From NCBI RefSeq assembly GCF_009914755.1, contig NC_060939.1: a DNA stretch of 64,000 bases; one strand, 5' to 3'. A model generated the notes under the pieces. The model saw nothing but the letters and a program-made list of their open reading frames with translations. It made no database searches and had not been told where the DNA came from. The DNA is from the human T2T-CHM13v2.0 reference genome, Homo sapiens. The translations under genes were made by a program, and so were the position numbers. Below are positions 40,531 to 56,270 of the stretch, one piece after another; the stretch's first letter is position 1; the number at the start of each line of letters is the position of its first letter.

Positions 40531-43500
40531 ATTACATTCCACTTGATTCCTCTCCATTCCCTTCCACTGCATTCCGTTCGATTCCATTCCATTGCATTGC
40601 ATTCCATTCCATTGGATTGCATTCCATTCGATTCCATTCCATTCGAATCAATTACATAGCAATGCATTACATTCGAGTCTATTCTCTTCCGTTCCATTCG
40701 ATTTCGTTCCAATCCATTCGATTCCATTCCATTCGATTCCATTCCATACTATTGCATTCCATTCGATTACATTATATTCGAATAAGTTCCATTCAAGACC
40801 ATTTCTTTTGAGTCCATTCTATTTGAGTCCATTCCCTTTGATTCCATAACATTTGAGTCCATTCAATTCCATTCCTTTCGTTTCCATTCCATTTGATGCC
40901 ATTCCATTCAATTCTGTTCTACTCGACTCCAATACATTCAATTCCATTCCATCCAATTCCATTACATGCTTTTCATTTCTTATCCATTTCAAGCCATTCC
41001 ACTCCATTCCATTCCACTCGTTTCCTTTCCATTCGAGTCCATTCCTCTCCAGTCCATTCCGTTCAATCCATTCCATTCCAGTCCGTTCCATTCGAGTCCG
41101 TTCCATTCCAGTCCATTCCATTCGAGTCAATTCCATTCCATTCGATGTCTTTCCATAACGATCCATTCCATTCTATTCCTTTCGATTCCATTCCATTCTA
41201 TTTCATTCCATTCGATTCCCTTCCATTGGACTCCTTTCCATTCGAGTGCATTCCATTCCGTTCCATTTCTTTCCGTTCTGTACGTTTCATACCGTTCGAT
41301 TTCATTTTGTTCCAGTCCATTCCTTTCGCGTCCATTCCATTCCATTTCACTCCATTCGATTCCATTCCACTCGATTCCACTTCGTTCCATTTCATTGCAT
41401 TCCATTCTATTCAACTCTATTGCCTTCCATTCCATTCCATTCGATTACATTCCATGCGATTCCATTCGAAATCGAATCAATTACATTGCAAACCATTACT
41501 ATTGAGTCCGTTTTATTCCAGTCCACTGCATTCTAGTCCATTCCATTTGATTCCATTCCATTCTATTCCATTCCAAACAGTTGCATTCCATTGGATTCCA
41601 TGCTATATCTATAAATTCAATTCGAGACCATTGCTTTTGAGTCCATTCTATATGATTCCATTCCATTCAAGTCCATTACATTTGGTTCAATTCCATTCCA
41701 TTCCATTCCCTTTCATTCCATTCCATTTGATATCAATCCATTCGATTCCATTCCATTCGAGCACATTCCATTCGAGTCCATTCCATTCGATGCCATTCCA
41801 TTTGATTCTATTCCATTAGTCTCCATTCAATTCCATTAATCTCCATTCCATTCCATTCTACTCTAACTAATTCCATTCCATTCTATTCCTTTCCATTCCA
41901 TTTCATTCCATTCCATTCCATTTCATTCCATTCCATTCCATTCGTGTCCATTCCACTCCAGTCCATTCCATTCGTGTCCATTCCATTCCAGTCCATTCCA
42001 TTTGTGTCCACTGCATTCCATTCCACTCCATTCCATATTATTCCATTACACTCCATTCCATTCTATTACTTTCATTTCCATTCAATTCCATTCCATTTGA
42101 TTCCATTCCACTCGGTTTCATTCCATTTGAGTCCACTCCATTCCATTCCATTAAATTCCATTCTGTTCCATTCCATTCCGTTCCATTACATTCCATTCCA
42201 TTCGGTACCATTCCATATTGTTCCATTCGATTCCATTCGAATCCATTCCATTCCAGTCCATTCCATTCGATTCCATTCCATTCATTTCAATTCCATTCCA
42301 TTCCATTCCATTCCATTCCACTTGATTCCTCTCCATTCCCTTCCACTGCATTCCGTTCGATTCCATTCCATTGCATTGCATTCCATTCCATTGGATTGCA
42401 TTCCATTCGATTCCATTCCATTCGAATCAATTACATAGCAATCCATTACATTCGAGTCTATTCTCTTCCGTTCCATTCGATTTCGTTCCAATCCATTCGA
42501 TTCCATTCCATTCGATTCCATTCCATACTATTGCATTCCATTCGATTACATTATATTCGAATAAGTTCCATTCAAGACCATTTCTTTTGAGTCCATTCTA
42601 TTTGAGTCCATTCCCTTTGATTCCATAACATTTGAGTCCATTCAATTCCATTCCTTTCGTTTCCATTCCATTTGATGCCATTCCATTCAATTCTGTTCTA
42701 CTCGACTCCAATACATTCAATTCCATTCCATCCGATTCCATTACATTCTTTTCATTTCTTATCCATTTCAAGCCATTCCACTCCATTCCATTCCACTCGT
42801 TTCCTTTCCATTCGAGTCCATTCCTCTCCAGTCCATTCCGTTCAATCCATTCCATTCCAGTCCATTCCATTCGAGTCCGTTCCATTCCAGTCCATTCCAT
42901 TCGAGTCAATTCCATTCCATTCGATGTCTTTCCATAACGATCCATTCCATTCTATTCCTTTCGATTCCATTCCATTCTATTTCATTCCATTCGATTCCCT
43001 TCCATTGGACTCCTTTCCATTCGAGTGCATTCCATTCCGTTCCATTTCTTTCCGTTCTGTACGATTCCTACCGTTCGATTTCATTTTGTTCCAGTCCATT
43101 CTTTCGCGTCCATTCCATTCCATTTCACTCCATTCGATTCCATTCCACTCGATTCCACTTCGTTCCATTTCATTGCATTCCATTCTATTCAACTCTATTG
43201 CCTTCCATTCCATTCCATTCGATTACATTCCATGCGATTCCATTCGAAATCGAATCAATTACATTGCAATCCATTACTATTGAGTCCGTTTTATTCCAGT
43301 CCACTGCATTCTGGTCCATTCCATTTGATTCCATTCCATTCTATTCCATTCCATAGAGTTGCATTCCATTGGATTCCATGCTATATCTATAAATTCAATT
43401 CGAGACCATTGCTTTTGAGTCCATTCTATATGATTCCATTCCATTCAAGTCCATTACATTTGGTTAAATTCCATTCCATTCGGTTCAATTCCATTCCATT

Positions 43501-45525
43501 CCATTCCCTTCCATTCCATTCCAGTTGATATCAATCCATTCGATTCCATTCCATTCGAGCACATTCCATTCGAGTCCATTCCATTCGATGCCATTCCATT
43601 TGATTCTATTCCATTAGTCTCCATTCAATTCCATTAATCTCCATTCCATTCCATTCTACTCCAACTGATTCCATTCCATTCTATTCCTTTCCATTCCATT
43701 TCATTCCATTCCATTCCATTCCATTCCATTCCATTCCATTCGTGTCCATTCCACTCCAGTCCATTCCATTCGTATCCATTCCATTCCAGTCCATTCCATT
43801 TGTGTCCACTGCATTCCATTCCACTCCATTCCATATTATTCCATTACACTCCATTCCATTCTATTACTTTCATTTCCATTCAATTCCATTCCATTTGATT
43901 CCATTCCACTCGGTTTCATTCCATTTGAGTCCACTCCATTCCATTCCATTCCATTCAGTTCCATTCCATTCTGTTCCATTCCATTCCGTTCCATTACATT
44001 CCATTCCATTCGGTACCATTCCATATTGTTCCATTCGATTCCATTCGAATCCATTCCATTCCAGTCCATTCCATTCGATTCCATTCCATTCCTTTCAATT
44101 CCATTCCATTCCATTCCATTACATTCCACTTGATTCCTCTCCATTCCCTTCCACTGCATTCCGTTCGATTCCATTCCATTGCATTGCATTCCATTCCATT
44201 GGATTGCATTCCATTCGATTCCATTCCATTCGAATCAATTACATAGCAATCCATTACATTCGAGTCTATTCTCTTCCGTTCCATTCGATTTCGTTCCAAT
44301 CCATTCGATTCCATTCCATTCGATTCCATTCCATACTATTGCATTCCATTCGATTACATTATATTCGAATAAGTTCCATTCAAGACCATTTCTTTTGAGT
44401 CCATTCTATTTGAGTCCATTCCCTTTGATTCCATAACATTTGAGTCCATTCAATTCCATTCCTTTCGTTTCCATTCCATTTGATGCCATTCCATTCAATT
44501 CTGTTCTACTCGACTCCAATACATTCAATTCCATTCCATCCGATTCCATTACATTCTTTTCATTTCTTATCCATTTCAAGCCATTCCACTCCATTCCATT
44601 CCACTCGTTTCCTTTCCATTCGAGTCCATTCCTCTCCAGTCCATTCCGTTCAATCCATTCCATTCCAGTCCATTCCATTCGAGTCCGTTCCATTCCAGTC
44701 CATTCCATTCGAGTCAATTCCATTCCATTCGATGTCTTTCCATAACGATCCATTCCATTCTATTCCTTTCGATTCCATTCCATTCTATTTCATTCCATTC
44801 GATTCCCTTCCATTGGACTCCTTTCCATTCGAGTGCATTCCATTCCGTTCCATTTCTTTCCGTTCTGTACGATTCCTACCGTTCGATTTCATTTTGTTCC
44901 AGTCCATTCCTTTCGCGTCCATTCCATTCCATTTCACTCCATTCGATTCCATTCCACTCGATTCCACTTCGTTCCATTTCATTGCATTCCATTCTATTCA
45001 ACTCTATTGCCTTCCATTCCATTCCATTCGATTACATTCCATGCGATTCCATTCGAAATCGAATCAATTACATTGCAAACCATTACTATTGAGTCCGTTT
45101 TATTCCAGTCCACTGCATTCTGGTCCATTCCATTTGATTCCATTCCATTCTATTCCATTCCATACAGTTGCATTCCATTGGATTCCATGCTATATCTATA
45201 AATTCAATTCGAGACCATTGCTTTTGAGTCCATTCTATATGATTCCATTCCATTCAAGTCCATTACATTTGGTTCAATTCCATTCCATTCCATTCCCTTT
45301 CATTCCATTCCATTTGATATCAATCCATTCGATTCCATTCCATTCGAGCACATTCCATTCGAGTCCATTCCATTCGATGCCATTCCATTTGATTCTATTC
45401 CATTAGTCTCCATTCAATTCCATTAATCTCCATTCCATTCCATTCTACTCCAACTGATTCCATTCCATTCTATTCCTTTCCATTCCATTTCATTCCATTC
45501 CATTCCATTCCATTCCATTCCATTC

Positions 45526-46275
45526 GTGTCCATTCCACTCCAGTCCATTCCATTCGTGTCCATTCCATTCCAGTCCATTCCATTTGTGTCCACTGCATTC
45601 CATTCCACTCCATTCCATATCATTCCATTACACTCCATTCCATTCTATTACTTTCATTTCCATTCAATTCCATTCCATTTGATTCCATTCCACTCGGTTT
45701 CATTCCATTTGAGTCCACTCCATTCCATTCCATTCCATTCCATTCAGTTCCATTCCATTCCGTTCCATTACATCCATTCCATTCGGTACCATTCCATATT
45801 GTTCCATTCGATTCCATTCGAATCCATTCCATTCCAGTCCATTCCATTCGATTCCATTCCATTCATTTCAATTCCATTCCATTCCATTCCATTCCATTCG
45901 TGTCCATTCCACTCCAGTCCATTCTATTCGTATCCATTCCATTCCAGTCCATTCCATTTGTGTCCACTGCATTCCATTCCACTCCATTTCATATTATTCC
46001 ATTACACTCCATTCCATTCTATTACTTTCATTTCCATTCAATTCCATTCCATTTGATTCCATTCCACTCGGTTTCATTCCATTTGAGTCCACTCCATTCC
46101 ATTCCATTCCATTTAGTTCCATTCCATTCTGTTCCATTCCATTCCGTTCCATTACATTCCATTCCATTCGGTACCATTCCATATTGTTCCATCTGATTCC
46201 ATTCGAATCCATTCCATTCCAGTCCATTCCATTGGATTCCATTCCATTCATTTCAATTCCATTCCATTCCATTCC
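45526..46275 (+). repeat. Internal ~374-bp tandem duplication creating a 2158-bp variant unit (copy 2)
   Basis: The segment starts at 45526 and again at 45900, with KpnI sites at 45785 and 46170. It shares the junction and private variants of copy 1 at an offset of 5745 bp. Confidence 0.93.
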
Positions 46276-49200
46276 ATTACATTCCACTTGATTCCTCTCC
46301 ATTCCCTTCCACTGCATTCCGTTCGATTCCATTCCATTGCATTGCATTCCATTCCATTGGATTGCATTCCATTCGATTCCATTCCATTCGAATCAATTAC
46401 ATAGCAATGCATTACATTCGAGTCTATTCTCTTCCGTTCCATTCGATTTCGTTCCAATCCATTCGATTCCATTCCATTCGATTCCATTCCATACTATTGC
46501 ATTCCATTCGATTACATTATATTCGAATAAGTTCCATTCAAGACCATTTCTTTTGAGTCCATTCTATTTGAGTCCATTCCCTTTGATTCCATAACATTTG
46601 AGTCCATTCAATTCCATTCCTTTCGTTTCCATTCCATTTGATGCCATTCCATTCAATTCTGTTCTACTCGACTCCAATACATTCAATTCCATTCCATCCG
46701 ATTCCATTACATTCTTTTGATTTCTTATCCATTTCAAGCCATTCCACTCCATTCCATTCCACTCGTTTCCTTTCCATTCGAGTCCATTCCTCTCCAGTCC
46801 ATTCCGTTCAATCCATTCCATTCCAGTCCATTCCATTCGAGTCCGTTCCATTCCAGTCCATTCCATTCGAGTCAATTCCATCCCATTCGATGTCTTTCCA
46901 TAACGATCCATTCCATTCTATTCCTTTCGATTCCATTCCATTCTATTTCATTCCATTCGATTCCCTTCCATTGGACTCCTTTCCATTCGAGTGCATTCCA
47001 TTCCGTTCCATTTCTTTCCGTTCTGTACGATTCCTACCGTTCGATTTCATTTTCTTCCAGGCCATTCTTTCGCGTCCATTCCATTCCATTTCACTCCATT
47101 CGATTCCATTCCACTCGATTCCACTTCGTTCCATTTCATTGCATTCCATTCTATTCAACTCTATTGCCTTCCATTCCATTCCATTCGATTACATTCCATG
47201 CGATTCCATTCGAAATCGAATCAATTACATTGCAATCCATTACTATTGAGTCCGTTTTATTCCAGTCCACTGCATTCTGGTCCATTCCATTTGATTCCAT
47301 TCCATTCTATTCCATTCCATACAGTTGCATTCCATTGGATTCCATGCTATATCTATAAATTCAATTCGAGACCATTGCTTTTGAGTCCATTCTATATGAT
47401 TCCATTCCATTCAAGTCCATTACATTTGGTTAAATTCCATTCCATTCGGTTCAATTCCATTCCATTCCATTCCCTTCCATTCCATTCCAGTTGATATCAA
47501 TCCATTCGATTCCATTCCATTCGAGCACATTCCATTCGAGTCCATTCCATTCGATGCCATTCCATTTGATTCTATTCCATTAGTCTCCATTCAATTCCAT
47601 TAATCTCCATTCCATTCCATTCTACTCCAACTGATTCCATTCCATTCTATTCCTTTCCATTCCATTTCATTCCATTCCATTCCATTCCATTCCATTCCAT
47701 TCCATTCCATTCGTGTCCATTCCACTCCAGTCCATTCCATTCGTATCCATTCCATTCCAGTCCATTCCATTTGTGTCCACTGCATTCCATTCCACTCCAT
47801 TCCATATTATTCCATTACACTCCATTCCATTCTATTACTTTCATTTCCATTCAATTCCATTCCATTTGATTCCATTCCACTCGGTTTCATTCCATTTGAG
47901 TCCACTCCATTCCATTCCATTCCATTCAGTTCCATTCGATTCTGTTCCATTCCATTCCGTTCCGTTACATTCCATTCCATTCGGTACCATTCCATATTGT
48001 TCCATTCGATTCCATTCGAATCCATTCCATTCCAGTCCATTCCATTCGATTCCATTCCATTCATTTCAATTCCATTCCATTCCATTCCATTACATTCCAC
48101 TTGATTCCTCTCCATTCCCTTCCACTGCATTCCGTTCGATTCCATTCCATTGCATTGCATTCCATTCCATTGGATTGCATTCCATTCGATTCCATTCCAT
48201 TCGAATCAATTACATAGCAATCCATTACATTCGAGTCTATTCTCTTCCGTTCCATTCGATTTCGTTCCAATCCATTCGATTCCATTCCATTCGATTCCAT
48301 TCCATACTATTGCATTCCATTCGATTACATTATATTCGAATAAGTTCCATTCAAGACCATTTCTTTTGAGTCCATTCTATTTGAGTCCATTCCCTTTGAT
48401 TCCATAACATTTGAGTCCATTCAATTCCATTCCTTTCGTTTCCATTCCATTTGATGCCATTCCATTCAATTCTGTTCTACTCGACTCCAATACATTCAAT
48501 TCCATTCCATCCGATTCCATTACATTCTTTTCATTTCTTATCCATTTCAAGCCATTCCACTCCATTCCATTCCACTCGTTTCCTTTCCATTCGAGTCCAT
48601 TCCTCTCCAGTCCATTCCGTTCAATCCATTCCATTCCAGTCCATTCCATTCGAGTCCGTTCCATTCCAGTCCATTCCATTCGAGTCAATTCCATTCCATT
48701 CGATGTCTTTCCATAACGATCCATTCCATTCTATTCCTTTCGATTCCATTCCATTCTATTTCATTCCATTCGATTCCCTTCCATTGGACTCCTTTCCATT
48801 CGAGTGCATTCCATTCCGTTCCATTTCTTTCCGTTCTGTACGATTCCTACCGTTCGATTTCATTTTGTTCCAGTCCATTCTTTCGCGTCCATTCCATTCC
48901 ATTTCACTCCATTTGATTCCATTCCACTCGATTCCACTTCGTTCCATTTCATTGCATTCCATTCTATTCAACTCTATTGCCTTCCATTCCATTCCATTCG
49001 ATTACATTCCATGCGATTCCATTCGAAATCGAATCAATTACATTGCAATCCATTACTATTGAGTCCGTTTTATTCCAGTCCACTGCATTCTGGTCCATTC
49101 CATTTGATTCCATTCCATTCTATTCCATTCCATACAGTTGCATTCCATTGGATTCCATGCTATATCTATAAATTCAATTCGAGACCATTGCTTTTGAGTC

Positions 49201-52200
49201 CATTCTATATGATTCCATTCCATTCAAGTCCATTACATTTGGTTCAATTCCATTCCATTCGGTTCAATTCCATTCCATTCCATTCCCTTCCATTCCATTC
49301 CAGTTGATATCAATCCATTCGATTCCATTCCATTCGAGCACATTCCATTCGAGTCCATTCCATTCGATGCCATTCCATTTGATTCTATTCCATTAGTCTC
49401 CATTCAATTCCATTAATCTCCATTCCATTCCATTCTACTCCAACTGATTCCATTCCATTCTATTCCTTTCCATTCCATTTCATTCCATTCCATTCCATTC
49501 CATTCCATTCCATTCCATTCGTGTCCATTCCACTCCAGTCCATTCCATTCGTATCCATTCCATTCCAGTCCATTCCATTTGTGTCCACTGCATTCCATTC
49601 CACTCCATTCCATATTATTCCATTACACTCCATTCCATTCTATTACTTTCATTTCCATTCAATTCCATTCCATTTGATTCCATTCCACTCGGTTTCATTC
49701 CATTTGAGTCCACTCCATTCCATTCCATTCCATTCAGTTCCATTCGATTCTGTTCCATTCCATTCCGTTCCGTTACATTCCATTCCATTCGGTACCATTC
49801 CATATTGTTCCATTCGATTCCATTCGAATCCATTCCATTCCAGTCCATTCCATTCGATTCCATTCCATTCATTTCAATTCCATTCCATTCCATTCCATTC
49901 CATTACATTCCACTTGATTCCTCTCCATTCCCTTCCACTGCATTCCGTTCGATTCCATTCCATTGCATTGCATTCCATTCCATTGGATTGCATTCCATTC
50001 GATTCCATTCCATTCGAATCAATTACATAGCAATCCATTACATTCGAGTCTATTCTATTCCGTTCCATTCGATTTCGTTCCAATCCATTCGATTCCATTC
50101 CATTCGATTCCATTCCATACTATTGCATTCCATTCGATTACATTATATTCGAATAAGTTCCATTCAAGACCATTTCTTTTGAGTCCATTCTATTTGAGTC
50201 CATTCCCTTTGATTCCATAACATTTGAGTCCATTCAATTCCATTCCTTTCGTTTCCATTCCATTTGATGCCATTCCATTCAATTCTGTTCTACTCGACTC
50301 CAATACATTCAATTCCATTCCATCCGATTCCATTACATTCTTTTCATTTCTTATCCATTTCAAGCCATTCCACTCCATTCCATTCCACTCGTTTCCTTTC
50401 CATTCGAGTCCATTCCTCTCCAGTCCATTCCGTTCAATCCATTCCATTCCAGTCCATTCCATTCGAGTCCGTTCCATTCCAGTCCATTCCATTCGAGTCA
50501 ATTCCATTCCATTCGATGTCTTTCCATAACGATCCATTCCATTCTATTCCTTTCGATTCCATTCCATTCTATTTCATTCCATTCGATTCCCTTCCATTGG
50601 ACTCCTTTCCATTCGAGTGCATTCCATTCCGTTCCATTTCTTTCCGTTCTGTACGATTCCTACCGTTCGATTTCATTTTGTTCCAGTCCATTCTTTCGCG
50701 TCCATTCCATTCCATTTCACTCCATTCGATTCCATTCCACTCGATTCCACTTCGTTCCATTTCATTGCATTCCATTCTATTCAACTCTATTGCCTTCCAT
50801 TCCATTCCATTCGATTACATTCCATGCGATTCCATTCGAAATCGAATCAATTACATTGCAATCCATTACTATTGAGTCCGTTTTATTCCAGTCCACTGCA
50901 TTCTGGTCCATTCCATTTGATTCCATTCCATTCTATTCCATTCCATACAGTTGCATTCCATTGGATTCCATGCTATATCTATAAATTCAATTCGAGACCA
51001 TTGCTTTTGAGTCCATTCTATATGATTCCATTCCATTCAAGTCCATTACATTTGGTTAAATTCCATTCCATTCGGTTCAATTCCATTCCATTCCATTCCC
51101 TTCCATTCCATTCCAGTTGATATCAATCCATTCGATTCCATTCCATTCGAGCACATTCCATTCGAGTCCATTCCATTCGATGCCATTCCATTTGATTCTA
51201 TTCCATTAGTCTCCATTCAATTCCATTAATCTCCATTCCATTCCATTCTACTCCAACTGATTCCATTCCATTCTATTCCTTTCCATTCCATTTCATTCCA
51301 TTCCATTCCATTCCATTCCATTCCATTCGTGTCCATTCCACTCCAGTCCATTCCATTCATATCCATTCCATTCCAGTCCATTCCATTTGTGTCCACTGCA
51401 TTCCATTCCACTCCATTCCACATTATTCCATTACACTCCATTCCATTCTATTACTTTCATTTCCATTCAATTCCATTCCATTTGATTCCATTCCACTCGG
51501 TTTCATTCCATTTGAGTCCACTCCATTCCATTCCATTCCATTCAGTTCCATTCCATTCTGTTCCATTCCATTCCGTTCCATTACATTCCATTCCATTCGG
51601 TACCATTCCATATTGTTCCATTCGATTCCATTCGAATCCATTCCATTCCAGTCCATTCCATTCGATTCCATTCCATTCATTTCCATTCCATTCCATTCCA
51701 TTCCATTCCATTCCACTTGATTCCTCTCCATTCCCTTCCACTGCATTCCGTTCGATTCCATTCCATTGCATTGCATTCCATTCCATTGGATTGCATTCCA
51801 TTCGATTCCATTCCATTCGAATCAATTACATAGCAATCCATTACATTCGAGTCTATTCTCTTCCGTTCCATTCGATTTCGTTCCAATCCATTCGATTCCA
51901 TTCCATTCGATTCCATTCCATACTATTGCATTCCATTCGATTACATTATATTCGAATAAGTTCCATTCAAGACCATTTCTTTTGAGTCCATTCTATTTGA
52001 GTCCATTCCCTTTGATTCCATAACATTTGAGTCCATTCAATTCCATTCCTTTCGTTTCCATTCCATTTGATGCCATTCCATTCAATTCTGTTCTACTCGA
52101 CTCCAATACATTCAATTCCATTCCATCCGATTCCATTACATTCTTTTCATTTCTTATCCATTTCAAGCCATTCCACTCCATTCCATTCCACTCGTTTCCT

Positions 52201-55200
52201 TTCCATTCGAGTCCATTCCTCTCCAGTCCATTCCGTTCAATCCATTCCATTCCAGTCCATTCCATTCGAGTCCGTTCCATTCCAGTCCATTCCATTCGAG
52301 TCAATTCCATTCCATTCGATGTCTTTCCATAACGATCCATTCCATTCTATTCCTTTCGATTCCATTCCATTCTATTTCATTCCATTCGATTCCCTTCCAT
52401 TGGACTCCTTTCCATTCGAGTGCATTCCATTCCGTTCCATTTCTTTCCGTTCTGTACGATTCCTACCGTTCGATTTCATTTTGTTCCAGTCCATTCTTTC
52501 GCGTCCATTCCATTCCATTTCACTCCATTCGATTCCATTCCACTCGATTCCACTTCGTTCCATTTCATTGCATTCCATTCTATTCAACTCTATTGCCTTC
52601 CATTCCATTCCATTCCATTACATTCCATGCGATTCCATTCGAAATTGAATCAATTACATTGCAATCCATTACTATTGAGTCCGTTTTATTCCAGTCCACT
52701 GCATTCTGGTCCATTCCATTTGATTCCATTCCATTCTATTCCATTCCATACAGTTGCATTCCATTGGATTCCATGCTATATCTATAAATTCAATTCGAGA
52801 CCATTGCTTTTGAGTCCATTCTATATGATTCCATTCCATTCAAGTCCATTACATTTGGTTCAATTCCATTCCATTCGGTTCAATTCCATTCCATTCCATT
52901 CCCTTCCATTCCATTCCAGTTGATATCAATCCATTCGATTCCATTCCATTCGAGCACATTCCATTCGAGTCCATTCCATTCGATGCCATTCCATTTGATT
53001 CTATTCCATTAGTCTCCATTCAATTCCATTAATCTCCATTCCATTCCATTCTACTCCAACTGATTCCATTCCATTCTATTCCTTTTTATTCCATTTCATT
53101 CCATTCCATTCCATTCCATTCCATTCCATTCGTGTCCATTCCACTCCAGTCCATTCCATTCGTATCCATTCCATTCCAGTCCATTCCATTTGTGTCCACT
53201 GCATTCCATTCCACTCCATTCCATATTATTCCATTACACTCCATTCCATTCTATTACTTTCATTTCCATTCAATTCCATTCCATTTGATTCCATTCCACT
53301 CGGTTTCATTCCATTTGAATCCACTCCATTCCATTCCATTCCATTCAGTTCCATTCCATTCTGTTCCATTCCATTCCGTTCCATTCCATTCCATTCCATT
53401 CGGTACCATTCCATATTGTTCCATTCGATTCCATTCGAATCCATTCCATTCCAGTCCATTCCATTCGATTCCATTCCATTCCTTTCAATTCCATTCCATT
53501 CCATTCCATTACATTCCACTTGATTCCTCTCCATTCCCTTCCACTGCATTCCGTTCGATTCCATTCCATTGCATTGCATTCCATTCCATTGGATTGCATT
53601 CCATTCGATTCCATTCCATTCGAATCAATTACATAGCAATCCATTACATTCGAGTCTATTCTCTTCCGTTCCATTCGATTTCGTTCCAATCCATTCGATT
53701 CCATTCCATTCGATTCCATTCCATACTATTGCATTCCATTCGATTACATTATATTCGAATAAGTTCCATTCAAGACCATTTCTTTTGAGTCCATTCTATT
53801 TGAGTCCATTCCCTTTGATTCCATAACATTTGAGTCCATTCAATTCCATTCCTTTCGTTTCCATTCCATTTGATGCCATTCCATTCAATTCTGTTCTACT
53901 CGACTCCAATACATTCAATTCCATTCCATCCGATTCCATTACATTCTTTTCATTTCTTATCCATTTCAAGCCATTCCACTCCATTCCATTCCACTCGTTT
54001 CCTTTCCATTCGAGTCCATTCCTCTCCAGTCCATTCCGTTCAATCCATTCCATTCCAGTCCATTCCATTCGAGTCCGTTCCATTCCAGTCCATTCCATTC
54101 GAGTCAATTCCATTCCATTCGATGTCTTTCCATAACGATCCATTCCATTCTATTCCTTTCGACTCCATTCCATTCTATTTCATTCCATTCGATTCCCTTC
54201 CATTGGACTCCTTTCCATTCGAGTGCATTCCATTCCGTTCCATTTCTTTCCGTTCTCTACGATTCCTACCGTTCGATTTCATTTTGTTCCAGTCCATTCC
54301 TTTCGCGTCCATTCCATTCCATTTCACTCGATTGGATTCCATTCCACTCGATTCCACTTCGTTCCATTTCATTGCATTCCATTCTATTCAACTCTATTGC
54401 CTTCCATTCCATTCCATTCGATTACATTCCATGCGATTCCATTCGAAATCGAAACAATTACATTGCAAACCATTACTATTGCGTCCGTTTTATTCCAGTC
54501 CACTGCATTCTGGTCCATTCCATTTGATTCCATTCCATTCTATTCCATTCCATACAGTTGCATTCCATTGGATTCCATGCTATATCTATAAATTCAATTC
54601 GAGACCATTGCTTTTGAGTCCATTCTATATGATTCCATTCCATTCAAGTCCATTACATTTGGTTCAATTCCATTCCATTCCATTCCCTTCCATTCCATTC
54701 CATTTGATATCAATCCATTCGATTCCATTCCATTCGAGCACATTCCATTCGAGTCCATTCCATTCGATGCCATTCCATTTGATTCTATTCCATTAGTCTC
54801 CATTCAATTCCATTAATCTCCATTCCATTCCATTCTAATCCAACTGATTCCATTCCATTCTATTCCTTTCCATTCCATTTCATTCCATTCCATTCCATTT
54901 CATTCCATTCCATTCCATTCGTGTCCATTCCACTCCAGTCCATTCCATTCGTGTCCATTCCATTCCAGTCCATTCCATTTGTGTCCACTGCATTCCATTC
55001 CACTCCATTCCATATTATTCCATTACACTCCATTCCATTCTATTACTTTCATTTCCATTCAATTCCACTCCATTTGATTCCATTCCACTCGGTTTCATTC
55101 CATTTGAGTCCACTCCATTCCATTCCATTCCATTCCACTCAGTTCCATTCCATTCCGTTCCATTACATTCCATTCCATTCGGTACCATTCCATATTGTTC

Positions 55201-56270
55201 CATTCGATTCCATTCGAATCCATTCCATTCCAGTCCATTCCATTCGATTCCATTCCATTCATTTCAATTCCATTCCATTCCATTCCATTCCATTCCATTC
55301 CACTTGATTCCTCTCCATTCCCTTCCACTGCATTCCGTTCGATTCCATTCCATTGCATTGCATTCCATTCCTTTGGATTGCATTCCATTCGATTCCATTC
55401 CATTCGAATCAATTACATAGCAATCCATTACATTCGAGTCTATTCTATTCCGTTCCATTCGATTTCGTTCCAATCCATTCGATTCCATTCCATTCGATTC
55501 CATTCCATACTATTGCATTCCATTCGATTACATTATATTCGAATAAGTTCCATTCAAGACCATTTCTTTTGAGTCCTTTCTATTTGAGTCCATTCCCTTT
55601 GATTCCATAACATTTGAGTCCATTCAATTCCATTCCTTTCGTTTCCATTCCATTTGATGCCATTCCATTCAATTCTGTTCTACTCGACTCCAATACATTC
55701 AATTCCATTCCATCCGATTCCATTACATTCTTTTCATTTCTTATCCATTTCAAGCCATTCCACTCGATTCCATTCCACTCGTTTCCTTTCCATTCGAGTC
55801 CATTCCTCTCCAGTCCATTCCGTTCAATCCATTCCATTCCAGTCCATTCCATTCGAGTCCGTTCCATTCCAGTCCATTCCATTCGAGTCAATTCCATCCC
55901 ATTCGATGTCTTTCCATAACGATCCATTCCATTCTATTCCTTTCGATTCCATTCCATTCTATTTCATTCCATTCGATTCCCTTCCATTGGTCTCCTTTCC
56001 ATTCGAGTGCATTCCATTCCGTTCCATTTCTTTCCGTTCTGTACGATTCCTACCGTTCGATTTCATTTTGTTCCAGTCCATTCCTTTCGCGTCCATTCCA
56101 TTCCATTTCACTCCATTCGATTCCATTCCACTCGATTCCACTTCGTTCCATATCATTGCATTCCATTCTATTCAACTCTATTGCCTTCCATTCCATTCCA
56201 TTCGATTACATTCCATGCGATTCCATTCGAAATCGAATCAATTACATTGCAATCCATTACTATTGAGTCC

